Assembly (NCBI GenBank): GCA_963924565.1
Contig: OZ004613.1
Location: 23,622,001 to 23,686,000, forward strand
Source: Ascidiella aspersa
Lineage: Eukaryota
Direction of reading: 5' to 3'
Length of the DNA stretch: 64,000 nt
Shown here: positions 12,714-26,400 of the stretch, piece by piece
Layout of the letters: every line of letters begins with the position of its first letter
Numbering within the stretch: position 1 is the stretch's first letter
Notes under the pieces: generated by a model
Database searches by the model: none
What the model saw: only the letters and a program-made list of their open reading frames with translations
Told to the model about the DNA's origin: nothing
Program-made: the position numbers and the translations under genes

Positions 12714-15700
12714 TTACACTTCAGTTTGCCCTTGATCGCCTTTTTCTGTTTCTACGTATGCCTCGTTATGCACGACTGCGTCCACATGCGGCGTCGTAGA
12801 GCCACCCAGAAGACTGACTTCACTTTGAAACGAACCGATCTTGGCAAAGTCGTAAGACATTGTGGAGGCATAAATAATGCCCGCGTAGATTAAAATCCAC
12901 TCCGCTATGGAGGAGTACATCATCACAACCGTGTCAGTCCTGTTGACCTAGTAACAATTTTTCCCCTTAAATAAACGCTTGCACCGACATCGGTATAACA
13001 ATACAGTACTACCGGTAATACGTTGCAAGATAAAGTTAAAACAAAGTGAGAATAAATAAACCATAAATAAACCAAGCTTTAACCTATAATTTAGCATTAA
13101 TTTGAAAGACTAACTGCGACCTAATGAGGCATGTTTTACGTAAAAGATTACCATAATTTTCATTGTGCTTGATTGAATCAGCTGCTATAGTTACCCCACT
13201 GTAATAATTCTAGCATTTGCTTCATGCAAACAGAAAATCTTTTTTTTATACGTATGAATCCATCTTGAAAGCGGTTCATATATTAGTCCTTTGCAACCTG
13301 AGGGTCGTAAGGGGTTGGATTGGGGGAGGGGTTTCACCGCATATTAATTGGTAAAAGGAAAAGTGATGGGAAAATTAGCAAGCAAAATCACTGGCCGGTT
13401 TTTAGGCCGTTTTAGGCGAGGACTATTCATTGGAAGATATAGGAACGGTGCCTATTTTCAAGCATCAAGACCCGTTTTGCCACACTTGATAAAACTCCCC
13501 ATAACAAGTATAAACACAATTAAACACTTCAACATTTTTCCCATCAAAATACATTAATGAAAATCATCATTAAAAAGTATCTTCCGAATCTGTATTTACA
13601 TCACTATATATTAGAACAACAAACCTTAAGTAAATCTGGCCAATATGGTTTAAAGTTGTATAGTCGCTTTACGACTTTACGGTCAATTTTTAATTGTTTC
13701 TTTGTACAGACGCACATTATATATTTTTTCCTTGGGATCGATTAGTCGTAATAACGCCCATTGAGGCTTAAACCGAAATTTTAGTTAGTTGTTTCTACTT
13801 TTGGCGAATTTCCAAACCTTCTTGCCGAATTTTCAAACAAGCCGCTTTGAAATGTGGAAACTTTGCAAATTTAATTATATCATTTATTTGACTTTGGTTT
13901 CTGTGTAATACACCAACATCGCGAGGGGCAAAATTGTTTGGGAACCACTGTTATATTTAATGTCATCCCATGTTCTCTTACACAGTAACCTAAGACTTAT
14001 GAGTTACAAAAGCACATGTTCTTGATCTCAAAATGCAAAGGAAAAAACGAATACTTACGAACCAATATACAAGAAGGATGGCCACTTGCAGTATAAATTT
14101 GTCGTTAAGGAAAATCATTGCCTTTTAAGAAAAAAAGTGCACTCCTTTCTTATATATTCGATATTATATTGATCATAATTATGAGTCATATGCATCATTG
14201 TTAACAAAAGGAAACCGAGCTTAACTATCTGGGCTATGCAAATATTCAAGAACGCGTATAACTGCTTTGTGTACTCTCAGCGAGTTTTTTATATAAATAT
14301 CTATAATTCATGTCCAATGTTCCAGTATTGAAAAATGATATATTCTACTTAATATTCTAAATATCGATAATATTGATTGGAATACTTAGGAGAATCTCAT
14401 GTCTGTCGGACTTTCATTAGAAATTTTAACGTCTTTAGTTGCTTACACGGGTTTTGACCCTATGATTGTGCTATTCACTTACGGACCAGTTTCCATACGG
14501 AATGATCAACTAGTATAATAGTATTACAAAAGGATACACAAAACTTGAGATATGTTTGCTATGACAATGATGAAAATCCTCAGCACCACGATCCACTTTG
14601 GGTAGATTTTCTTCCTTCTAAAGGCAACTGACGTCATCGTAATAAGAACACCATAAACACCGAGGACTGTAAGAAAAAAACAAAGCAAATCTATAGTGTA
14701 TTTAAATGTTTTAAACGAATAATATATACCAGTCTTGATCATTTTAAAGTTTTCGTATGTTTTCCACTTGCAACAAAGTTTTGTAAAAGGGCAAAATAAA
14801 CTGATTTAAAGAGTTGCAGTTTACCGAACTGGTTTACGTTTTGGATAAATGAATAATTATTCTCCAACTTCTGAAAACCAAGTAAGGTAGCCAAGAGCTT
14901 AAATATTCGAAAAATTGACAAGTTGCTTTAAATTGACAAGTTGCAACCAAACAAGCAGGAAGACTAGCCGTTGGAATACTCACATAAAAATACACCAAAA
15001 GCTCCTATGAAGTGAACGACCTCCGAGTTTGTATACTGGAAAAACAGACAACATACAATAAAGTATACTTTTTCTGCTTAAGATTTGTTTATCAAAGATG
15101 GACTCTATGCTTTAGTGCGCAAACCCCTATGGCACAACAAGATGTCACGTCGAATTAAATAACATAAGGTAGTATTTAGACATTAAATTCAATATATTAT
15201 ATACATAATTATGTTTTCAGTTAATCGGTGTTAAAATATATTTGAAATGTATAGTCCATTCCACGAATTATTATGGGCAAAGTGTTTACCTGAAAAGATC
15301 CGGTAATTATCATGGAAAGGCTGACCACAGCTGCAATGTACCAGGTGGCTGTATTCACTTTTGTCTCTCCTATCATCCTTTTGACGTACCTGTGCATCAA
15401 TAGCAAAGTTTTAGACATCTTTCTGTATATATAAAATATCACACGTAACAAAATTTAACATGCCGCTTAGAAGTGAAGCATGTGATATGTAAAACAATGC
15501 GCTTGGTGTCAGGGCTGCGGAGTCGGTTTATTTCGCTGGAGTCAGACTCGTGACTCGCGTAAGACTACGTAAAACTATACCCGATTCCGACGTGCGCAAG
15601 CGCAGTACCAAATTTTAAGACTGATAAGGTCGAAAAATGTAAGTCGTAAAATTGGAATAGAATATATGGTGAAGTAATTCTCCACGCATTGTGAGTTCTG

Positions 15701-17026
15701 GATGAGGTATAGCACACCTGTGGGCGGACTGCTATATCCACACTATTTTGATTACGTAAACGGGACTAACACACACTGTTTAGTTTACGCCGGACTCTTC
15801 ACTCGATGGATTTCGCAAATTTGCCGGAGTCGAACTCGGCTTATTTTCAACCGACTCCGCTACCCTGCGTGGGAGTGTGCCTTTATAGGGCCTCAATTTT
15901 GTTTCGAATTTTTCTTTTATTAGAGTAAAATAGACCACCGAAGTTTGTTTTAAATTATACTCATTTAATATAGCAGGCTGATCCTCTGATAGAGTTTACA
16001 TTAGTTTATGGAAAAAATTTAAAATGATAGAGCGCAATATAGCTTGTAATGAAATAAAATCCGGTAACACTCAGCAAATAGGAGAAACTCCTTTCATATT
16101 TTAAAGCAACAAAGCGCCCAGAAAGCCGGCCTACTTTTTAACGAAAGCTGTCCAGCCTTACCAGTAGTGTATATGGGCGATGATGAAGAGATAACATGCG
16201 GAGGTAGACATTACCAGCGAGAAAATACAGCTTTGTGGCGGTGAGACGCCGGTGTCGCTGATGTACGGCCACTTTCGATTTGCACGTTCATCGTTGTTTT
16301 GGCTTTTTAAAATGCCGAGGCTAAAAACAATAATAAATGTATATATCAAACAATTTAACACGATATAGAATACTCATCAATCAGTAAAATACAGTGAATT
16401 CGAGCAACTTCAGTACGTTAGTTATCAGAAATAAGTTTAGAATGTTTAATCCACATTGTATTAGCGAAGCTAAACAGTATAGTTCACCAAATGTTGATCA
16501 TGTAACATCACCAATTTATAAAGCAATTATCGCACAAAAGTCGTGTAAAATAGCAAAATTGCTTCGAGCTAAATAAGTGTGAAATAACAAATTGAAACAA
16601 AGCTTTAAAATCTGCTAAAATTTCCGCTTTTTATAACTAGAGTTTTTTTGGAAAACCTTGTTTTATTTCTACGATACCTGCACGAATAATTCACTTGTCT
16701 TTTGCGGGAAAAAGAATGGCCCCGCGAAACTAAAACGTTTTGCTAGCTCAAACCACTCAAGAGAATACTTTCACGTCTTGCGCAAATCTATTACAGCTTT
16801 CGGTATTAACAACATGATTTGCGCACGAATCGACCGAACAGAAATATACGTGCTAAGGCAATTGACGTCACTGTCGAAAATTGCTGAGTCAGTCGCAACG
16901 CAAAACTATGGGATCCACTGAAAAGGTACAAAAGCTGGTTTTGTAAACTTACCACACGAAGAATCCAGCTCCGCTGAAAAGGGCAAAGCCGATGGGAATA
17001 AAAGCGAACTTTTTAGATGCCGCCAT
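12714..17026 (-). CDS. DRAM/TMEM150 family membrane protein, paralog B, 257 aa, 7 coding exons
   Basis: Exons 17026-16953, 16320-16162, 15389-15290, 15035-14984, 14666-14538, 14084-14059, 12947-12714; 774 nt, phase-consistent. Motifs WPYISDTGVSPPQSCIF, GSFQ, VHFIGA, IAEW. Confidence 0.92.
14085..14537 (-). other. U12-type GT-AG intron, DRAM paralog B
   Basis: 5' splice site GTATCCTTTT and a perfect U12 branch point TTCCTTAAC (14112-14104) 19 nt from the AG. Confidence 0.93.
15510..15867. mobile_element. MITE with GGAGTC subterminal repeats in an intron of paralog B
   Basis: TIRs CAGGGCTGCGGAGTCGG / CCGACTCCGCTACCCTG. Confidence 0.7.
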
Positions 17027-18648
17027 GATTTAAATTAATTTAAAAAGCTGGGAAAACAAGAAAGCCCAATGCGTTTAAAACGTTTCATGCCTATATAGCC
17101 TATTGGTTAGTTTTTTTTAGATTTTTAGGTAAATTTTGAACTACGAAAGCAGCTATAGTACTAATAAAACATGACGTAAATTGTAAATCTTAGATTATTT
17201 TGCTTGGATCGTGTGAATAGCTTGGTTTTAAGAATACTTTTTGAAATACTGCGCGACTAAATAACGTCAAATACGTTTCGGTTCTGGCATTATTAGCACA
17301 TTATGTAGGATATAAGTATTTAATGAAAATAAAGATACCTCATAAACTACAAGTCAAACAATTTTGGGCCGACTGGTGAACTGACGAAAAATCTGCAGGA
17401 AGTCGTGCACTTACGTAATTTTTTTAGTTATGGCATACCATACCCACTGCCAGCCAAACAAGTTAAGCGAGTTAAATATGTTTGACGCACTTTATCAGTG
17501 TTTTTTAAGCTTTTTTATTCGTGATCAAATTGCTAAGCGTAAGTATAACAACCTTTGGTGATCCAATTTTCTTTATTGAACTTTTTGGAGAGATCATAAC
17601 ATAGCCTAAAAATCGAATTTAAATTACCATGAGTGATTGCTTTGTATGGTTCTGCAATTTTAATTTTAATTTTTTTTTGATAAATGTAGCTCAGAGCCAA
17701 TCCCATTATACATAATCTTGTGACGAACTGCAGCTGGTCACCCAATCAATATCAAGCGGCAACCCCATTTCGACTAGCGACCCACAGGTTGCGAAACACT
17801 GTACTGTGTTAATACTAAACCATTTATCAAACACTGACCAATTTTCTTTTTTTTGTTTAACAATGTTCTGCACTGTTTTAGATAAAACGGTTTATTTGTC
17901 TTTTAACTGCTGTAGAATTGCCCGATTTTAGAATGTGCTATTAAATTCCCAGCTACCGAAGGTGTTGTATTATTAGAACCACAACAAACTACATGACAAT
18001 TTTAACAAAAATAAATTAAAAGCATTTGTTTAAGATAATCCTTTCATAATAATGACCACTACTGTTTACCTATTTCAAAAAAGTGCGCACAGGCAAAACA
18101 CAAAAAAATATAATATTTGGAAAGTTTACAAAATCTCCAGATTGTCTGTCACTGCCTGTTATATGACTATTCTAGTTGTGAGAATTTTTTCAATGGACTG
18201 GTAGTATTATTCACGGAGTTTTGACGTCATAAATGCCCGGAGGCAACGCGCCGAACTATGGTCACGTCAATTCGGGTCTTTCCCGTGTTATGAAAAATCA
18301 CGTATGAGAGAAACGCGTAGTAGCCATACGCATGAAGATCGTTTTAAACTCGCGACAGTCAATGCAGTCATCGATCCTTTAAAGCCTCTATCGTAGTGGA
18401 GTATGCTAGTAGAGCCTAAAAAGTATATAGGACCCAAAACGTTCTCAAAGTGTTTCCAAGGCCGCAAACTGTATTGAGTTGCTGTTAAACGGCCATTGGG
18501 CTACCATGGACTTTTTTGCTTGTACTAATCTGAGGATTTCAATTAAGAGTCACCGAAGAGATGTATGGACTCATTGAGAAACCCTGTCAAAACTACTCCT
18601 ACAGAACGCGTTTGTTCCTTTTAACACCATTATCCTTTGGTAAATTAT

Positions 18649-19073
18649 TGTTACGCCAAACTGCAGGATCCCAACTTAACGGCCTGTCGGATGCCAAGCG
18701 CTTCACGAATTGTCTTTAAACTGTATTAATATAGGTGAACTGTAAGTAAAGCAAATACATAAGAAAATAAAAAGCGGCCAACGTCTAAAAAGGTGGCAGA
18801 AACTTCGATTAACAAAGTTTCTAAATGTTTTACAAGATCTTCCAAAACTCGACTACCTTCATTGGTTTTCGGTTACTCATATCACCACAACTGAAAGAAA
18901 AAAATGTTGTAAGTGCCAAATGCAACTATTATTTGGTGCCAACGAAACACGTGACAAGATAAGAAATAAAGCGTGAAAGGTGAAATGCAAAAGTGAAAAG
19001 AACAACAAACGTACAAACGATAAAATAAAGGAACGATAACGCACACACAAACGATAAAATAAGCGGTGCAACA
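18649..19073. mobile_element. Solo LTR, diverged relative of 57987-58364
   Basis: Termini TGTTACGCCAAACT...CGGTGCAACA. Internal blocks (AAAAGCGGCCAACG, CGTACAAACGATAAAA) are shared with the 58 kb copy. TSD not conserved. Confidence 0.6.
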
Positions 19074-19618
19074 ATAACACACTGTTTATTTGTCGAATGT
19101 CACACAGACTGCAGATCACATATAGTCTCAATCGTCCACCAAGTGTGATAAACAAGCTGACACTCCTGGACGATATAAGTCTATCCACTGGCTTCTCGAG
19201 TGCGGCCCGGGCATTTCAACTAAAATAATAAGATCGCCGATACGTATGAAATCTTTCTTTAACGTTTTCAGTTTTGTCCGCCTCTACCATAGAATTCTGC
19301 ATTTCGTTTACCCAAAAGTTCAACCGATTTGTCCGTAATACCATAATAATATACATTACGATGCTTGTGTGTTGTCCAAAATGTCTACTCTTTATGTATG
19401 TACGATGAAAAAACTCTTCCATTTCTCCATGGAAAGGGTTGGAAATCAACGAAAGCAATAGACGTAATCATCCGATATATAATAAAAAACGACAACGTCC
19501 AACAGAAGTTTAAAATCACTGAAAAACAGTATCACAAACTTGGCATGACAGCAAGGAGCGTTTTACAAAGTAACAGTTAAAAAAATACCACAGAAAGCGG
19601 TTTATAACTAATTAATAT

Positions 19619-19985
19619 CAGTGTTTTTTAAACAACTCATTTTAAAATGACTTATGTCCAAGTCAAGTCTTTTCGAATAAATTACATGGCAAGTCCCAGC
19701 CCTAGTCATCGGTTGCCCAAGTCAAGTCATAATTGGGGCAAGTCAACTTCAAAGTCAGGTCCTTGTCATAAAAATAAATTTAAACTTTAGAAACTGGTTT
19801 ACTAATATAGCAAGCAAAATTGTTTTGTGTGCAAGGCAAAATAACCCAATTTTATAAAAAAAATTGTTTAATGAAAACTTTAATCTTAACACATGTCATT
19901 TGTTCAAAAGTCTTAAGTAAAGTCGTTTAAAAACAATAACTTAAGTGCACTCATCAAGCCATGGACTTAAGTCATAATAACACTG
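19619..19985. mobile_element. MITE family with tandem AAGTC subterminal repeats
   Basis: CAGTGTT...AACACTG termini; homologous to 24503-25023. Confidence 0.7.
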
Positions 19986-20968
19986 GTGATAATAATTAAA
20001 AGATGTTCCTCGGAAACCGAGCGACAATGATATTTCAAGAAAAAATGAGAACCTGTTTTTAGTAATTTTACGACGAGTTTATTCTTTGCCACAGCGCTTC
20101 CTATTTATGCAATGCATTTTGCGTTCGTATGTAGTGTTAGTTTTTTTTCTTTTTTGTTGTAACTAAAATAAATTAAAGAAAGTAAGAGTAAAGTAAAGGG
20201 TAAAGGGGTAGTGGCTTCTTCTTCCCATTGGCGAAAAAGAAGTCCGGGGATGCCTGAAGTGTCAGTAATAGGTTCAGGCCCAGTCCTCAGGACAACCATT
20301 ACCAAAGGGAGATGGGGCCGCCACTTGGAGGTAGGGCCTAAGTTAAATTGCGCATTGACAGAAGGTCAACATTTTCGCCTTTTTGTTGTGGTGTAGGTAA
20401 TAATATAACTGTCAGTAATGTGATGATTTTAGTATTTTTCTGGCCAAAAAAACGCGGTGTTACCAAGAAAAAAAAATGCCATGACACAAACCCCACAGTG
20501 ATCCGTTTAAGTATCGGAGGGAAAATCATTTATCTAAATTTTTAGGCTTTCCTATAAAATCCAAACGAATAGCAAAATGTTTCGTTTTATCGTTTGTGGT
20601 GGAGGGAGGAACTGTAGGCAAAAAACAGAAAAATATGCTACTCAACGTCTGTATACATTGATTGCTGTGAGATGTCGCGATTGATATGGGGTTGAGTTTT
20701 ATGCGTAAGAGTCGAGCTAACTTTAATGCGAAAAAGGTAAAAATAGCTGACACCTTGTAAAAGGTTTTAACAACTTTCAGATTGTTACACTATTTGTTAC
20801 AGGTCACAGAAAAACATGCAGTGTAATGTCAGAAAGGTAACAAAAAAATTCTATTTTTGGGCAAGATGTTAGCATTTACCTCTGTTAACGAAATGAAGTT
20901 TTTTATTTATGTATATTTAGCACTTCTTTCTCATAATTTTTTTACAATCATACAACGTATTTTTACAG

Positions 20969-21706
20969 ACTATATTCTGAGCACAACGTTTTTCCCGGGC
21001 CATTTCTTGCTGAATTCTATTCCCTGTCAATTGTCATATATCCTTTATGGAGAAATGGGTTTCGTAGTTTGCTGTATTGTGGGGCATATCGTCTCAGTTC
21101 TAATTGGTGTGTTTGTATGTTGCTAACATTACTCAGTCGGACGTAAGTTAAAAAACATATTATTTTGTTTTGCAACACCTTAAGGTTGGTCTAATCAAAA
21201 CATGGTATTTTTAAAACTGTATGAAAGTAACCAAATCGCTATTTAAACTGCAACGTATATTTCATTAGAGAGGAGATAAGAGTAAAAGATTAGAATAAAA
21301 ATCGTGTAAATAAGTACAACTGTAATCCTTACTAGTAGTTGTAATAGAGTGACTCAAGCGTGTTTATTCAAGCCCTCGTTGTACGCAACTTACTTTATAT
21401 TTGGTTTCATATTTATCCACAACAGGTTGCCAGCATCCTAGCAAACTTCCACGTGGTGTCACCATCCCATTTTTCGACCACGTGTTCTTCAAATGGATTC
21501 CCTCCAAAACCCGGCGCTTTCTTGAAGATGAGGAGTTCCTTACGACAATACAGGAGCGATAGGTTCAAATACGAGGTGAAGAGAAGCAAGAGCAGTTTCA
21601 AGGTGAAAAGTTTAACCTCGGGAAGTGCAAGTTTAGTTGCGAAGCTGACAAGGATTGCACTTGGTCTTCTAAAAGTCCTGAGTCATCGATCACTACAGCT
21701 TTGTGA
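20969..21706 (+). pseudogene. Orphan last two exons of an SLC5 sodium:solute symporter (SMCT/SMVT/NIS-like) with a premature stop
   Basis: Exon 20969-21106 (...QLSYILYGEMGFVVCCIVGHIVSVLIG) splices in phase 1 to exon 21426-21706 (CQHPSKLPRGVTIPFFDHVFFKWIPSKTRRFL...). This matches the last TM helix and cytosolic tail of SLC5A5/6/8/12-type proteins. In-frame TAG at 21560-21562; the frame then continues to ...ITTAL* (PDZ-type end). No upstream SLC5 exons recognised. Confidence 0.7.
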
Positions 21707-23456
21707 AGATTGCAAATATTTTTCAATAAGCTATTTATAACTTGCATTAAGAAATGTATTTTTTAGTAAATCTTACATTGGATGTGTACACCCTGGCGTA
21801 ATACTGTAATTTGACAGTTCGCTTTGTTACTTAATTATTCTATATACTAGACGTCATACATAAAATCGCTTTTGAGCTCGCGAGTTGTGCTTTAACTCCA
21901 GTAGTTTAGCAAAGACCTCCAAACAATTTTTTTCCCAAACTTTCATTTCGAGAAATAAGCGATTATTCTGTGTAAGACTTACTATCTCTTCAAATTATAA
22001 TTTGAATCTGTATAAAACAAACTAGAAAGATAGATGGGGATTTAAAAAAAAACTCAATATAAGGATTTATAAAAGACAAAACGCAAAGTTTGGGGCGGCA
22101 TGCCTGGATCAGGTAAGAGTCGGTATACAAAAGCCGCGTTTTTATTGCAGCGCAGAATATCCTTTAAAAATTTTTTTGGATAAAAATCAACCACGGGTCG
22201 CTTATTGACCAAGTCTGAACTCAAGCTGAAAGGAACTTCTACGGATAGTACAAATAGCAAATATGAAGATTTTAATCAAAATGTCCCACTTTGTGCTACA
22301 AAGGAAGTTCACAAATCCTATTTAAAACAAGTTAAACCCAGCCGTTTTTTCACCTGCTTCTTCGGTGGTGGATTGAGGGCTGGAAAAGTTGGGTTTAAGA
22401 TAAGTTGAATGAGAAAGCAACCACTAATACTCAAACCAAACAACTAATCTAAAAGTGTTACTTTTACTAACTGACTAACTAATCTAAATATTCCAAAATC
22501 AAGGCTTGTTATCTTGTTTTCGTCCGAAGACCACCATAAGTGTTGAGAAATTTCAAACATAGAACTACCTTTCAAATTCCAAAACGTAGAAGTAATTTGA
22601 CAAAACTTTAGGCATCATACAAAAAAGGTAAAACTATACTTCTGGTAAACATGTGAGCAAGAAAACGCAGAAAGACAAAAAAAAACTACATTTCCAAGTT
22701 TTGAGTTTCTAGGGAGACCGTTTCTTCTTTTTGTTGGAAAAGAGAACAAATCATGCCAAAAGAGAAAAATTGTAATATTAGTATAGTAGTAGTGAGTGTG
22801 TTTGCCTCAAAAATAATCACAAATATAAAAATTGGCGAACTCATAGCAAAATTAAATCCTCATCTTAATCATGGTAAGGATTTTAGACATTTATGGCAGA
22901 AGTATAACAGGGATATCACAAACGCAATGCAAAAAATAAGCAATGTTACTGTAACAGTGAAAAAACAATACAATTGAAAAATAAATGAGTTTTGTCGTTG
23001 AAGGCTCGACACTAAACAGTAAAAGTGTTTATAGGCAAAGGTAAGCAGCTTAATGTAAAACGCCACATGTTCCAAGTACAAAAATTTGTACAAAATACAT
23101 GTAGGCAATATCAAATTGGAAGTTGCAAACTAAATGAACCACAGATCATTTTAACGTTTCATACGAATTACAATTGTTGTAACATAATAAAGAGACAAAA
23201 TCACGCTAAACTTATTCTTAAGACTGGCGGAAGTCTCAAACGCTCACTCCAAAACGATCAAGATATTTTTTTAATTTTTTCAAACCAGATTATTTACTAA
23301 GTAATATATCTTAGCGATCACAAAGATGGGTCTGAAAATAAATCTAGCAAAGTTTCACAAAAATATCAGTTTGTTATTGTTTTTAACTCACAAAATTCAC
23401 CATGCCACATGTGTTTCTGTTCGGCTCCGTCGCAAAATCGTGCTTGCAGTTTTCAA

Positions 23457-26400
23457 CTATTCAACAGCGTATGCCAGATCTTGTTCGTGATTGGCTGACT
23501 CCGTTTCTACGTAGGCCTCGTTTGACGCGGTTGCATCCGCACGTGGCGTCGGAGAGCGATTGATAAGAGATATCTCGCTTTGTAACGAACGTATATTCCT
23601 GAACTCGTACGACTTGGTCGCCACAAAGATAAGTGCCAGGTAGAATGCAATCCACTGCCATATGGCCGAGTGCATCGCCAGTTCGTCCACTTTCTCACGC
23701 AACTGTCGATTTAATGTTTGTCGTGTAATTATTAGGGCAATTATTTTTGACCTAAAAAAGAGGAAATCTTGACCTAAAAATAATTTATTTTGACAATAAT
23801 TTGACCTTTTAGAAATTTAAATAACCTCAGCGTCGTTAATCACGGGTTTTTTGTTTTTATTTTATACCGTATATTGCTCTATAATAAACATATAATACGG
23901 TTAAAATGACTTTGAACATTAATCAAAACTAATTTTTTTTTTATAAAATTAAACGATAAATTTCAAAACGACTGAACGACGAATTTTAAAAAGCTATAGC
24001 TATAGTTTTTTTTTTATTTTGCAAACGATTTACGTGCTTATTTATTCGATTTTGACTTTTTTTTGACAAATTTTGACCCAACATGTAAATTTTGACAAAA
24101 TTTTGACTTTTTTTGACAAGTCAAAAAATAATCGCCTTGGTAATTGTATTTTACAGTAAAGCAAAGAAGCAAATCCCACGCATATTAAAAATCAGATAAA
24201 TGTTAGGTTGTTGTATGCAATGAATCTAAAAAAAGGAAAAGATAAACCTTACATGGTTTTTAGGAACTGATATTTTTTCATACTTCTCTCTAAACTTTTT
24301 ATAAAACTGTTAACCATATTTTACTTCTATTGTTGACAATTATTCCAAAAGGTGAGCTAAATTACTTGTTCCAAAGATACATAATTTAAATATATGCTCA
24401 CCCTGTTGGTAACTAACAAACTTCCATCTTGTGTTAGAATATTTCATTGATAAGAAAACAATTGACGTTCTATTGAGATTTACAGTACAAACTTCCTATA
24501 ACCAGTGTTGTAAACAAGTCATTTTCAAAGGACTTAAGTCCTAGTCAAGTTATTTGTAAACTAACTTAAGTCCAAGTCAAGTCTTTTTGAATAAATAACA
24601 AGTCAAGTCCCAGTCCAAGTCATCGGTTGTGTAAGTCAAGTCCCAGTCAAGTCATAATTGGAGCAAGTCAATTTTAAGTCATGTCCTTGTCATAAAAATA
24701 AAACGTTAAACTATTAGAATTTATAAACTCGCATGACTATGAACAATAACTATACTAAAAAATAAGGAAAACGGAACATATAGCAAGTAATTTGTTTTTT
24801 GTGCAAAAATTTGGACAATAGCTCAATTTTATAAATAAAATACTTAAAGAAATGCTTTACTTCAACCCAAGTCATTTGTTCAAATAACTTAAGTCAAGTC
24901 AAGTCATTTGTCAGAAAGACTTAAGCCAAGTCAAGTCATTTTATCCTAATGACATAAGTCAAGTCAGGTCATTTAAAAACAGTGACTTAAGTCAAGTCAT
25001 TGAATTAAGTCATTACAACACTGATATGAATGTTAAAAAAGGTCACTAATATTTTTTTATTTATTTATCGAGAATTATAGTTTTTAGGTCTAGTTGTGGA
25101 TCACAATAAAGAACAAGGATTTTTCATTTAAACAGCCACGACTATTACATAATGTAACAAATAAAAAATAACAATAAAAAAATAGTAATTAAGGATACAA
25201 ATGATTATTGATGCAAATATCAAGACGGTGATGGTAATCCGGACAACGATAATCCATTTCGGATAGGATAGCTTTTTCATGCAGGTAACTGATGTTAAAC
25301 TGCTGAGAACTGCATAAGCTGCCAGACCTAAGCAAACAAACAACAAAAACGCCATGGTTTTGCAAGCTACCAAGCGACTATTTCTTTACTTGTTTTCGTG
25401 TGTGTTTAACACAAGTGGGTAACTTTAGAGTTGAAAACTATTTTTTTTAAACGTGATGTTGTAATGGCAAGGTTGTATTCGTTCAGCATGCTCTGTTGAA
25501 TGACATCCATTTGCCACGTGCGCGACACATAATCACAATACACAAGACACGCTAAGGTTAACATGGAACAAGGAACAGTGCTTATAGTGACATATTGACG
25601 TCAAAGTGTAATGACTAGGGTCATTTTTATTTTAACCTAAAAAAAATGTTTTTTCCATTATTTTTATCAAATTTTAACTTTATTTTAACCTAACTAAATT
25701 GCTTATTTGTAGAGGCTGCAGTTCTTCCTTGAATTGATGCCAGTTACCCAAACATAATATTTTTTCGATTTTAAACCCAAACGTAATATTTTGTCGCAAA
25801 GTCAAGGTGTTTTATGGATTTTAAAAAGTGCGTCGGATTTTTTGGCGATAGATTTAGCTTGCTTAGGCATTTTTGTATTACAGAATGTCAGTAGGCTATT
25901 CCTAAACTCCAAACTGTTGATCTTCGAAAACACCATGTTTATGAAGATGAAGTGTTTTATAAGAAATAATTTAAATACGTAACAATAAATAAAAAAATGG
26001 ACAATTTGTGATAAAAGTTACCGCTGATCCAAGTGGGCATTGTGACATTTGTCCTGCTTGTATGGGTTAATATGGTTGAATTGTGTCGCAGTTACTGATT
26101 GACAATGCTTCTACGACGATTTTTACAAAAATTACTCTCAAGAAACACAAAAACTTTGTCAAAAGCCATATTTTGACAAATTTTGACTTTATTGAAAATT
26201 TTAACTTTACTTTAACCTATAAACTACTTAGAAACAGTCCCCTAGGTGCTGAAAACAACTTTATTCTTTGATTCGTGGACAGACGAGGTCCTTAAAAACA
26301 TTTTAATTTATTGACTTTTGCGGCCCTAGTAATGACAAATCGTGCGTCTTCATTATGGTTTACCTATATTATATGACCTTTAAGACTTACATGCAAGTAA

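Noticed and set aside
21360-21740. 126-aa plus-strand ORF
   Set aside because: Wrong frame; the recognisable SLC5-like peptide is in another frame.
24503-25023. AAGTC repeats as a CRISPR-like array
   Set aside because: Eukaryotic context and no unique regular spacers; these are subterminal repeats within MITE TIRs.
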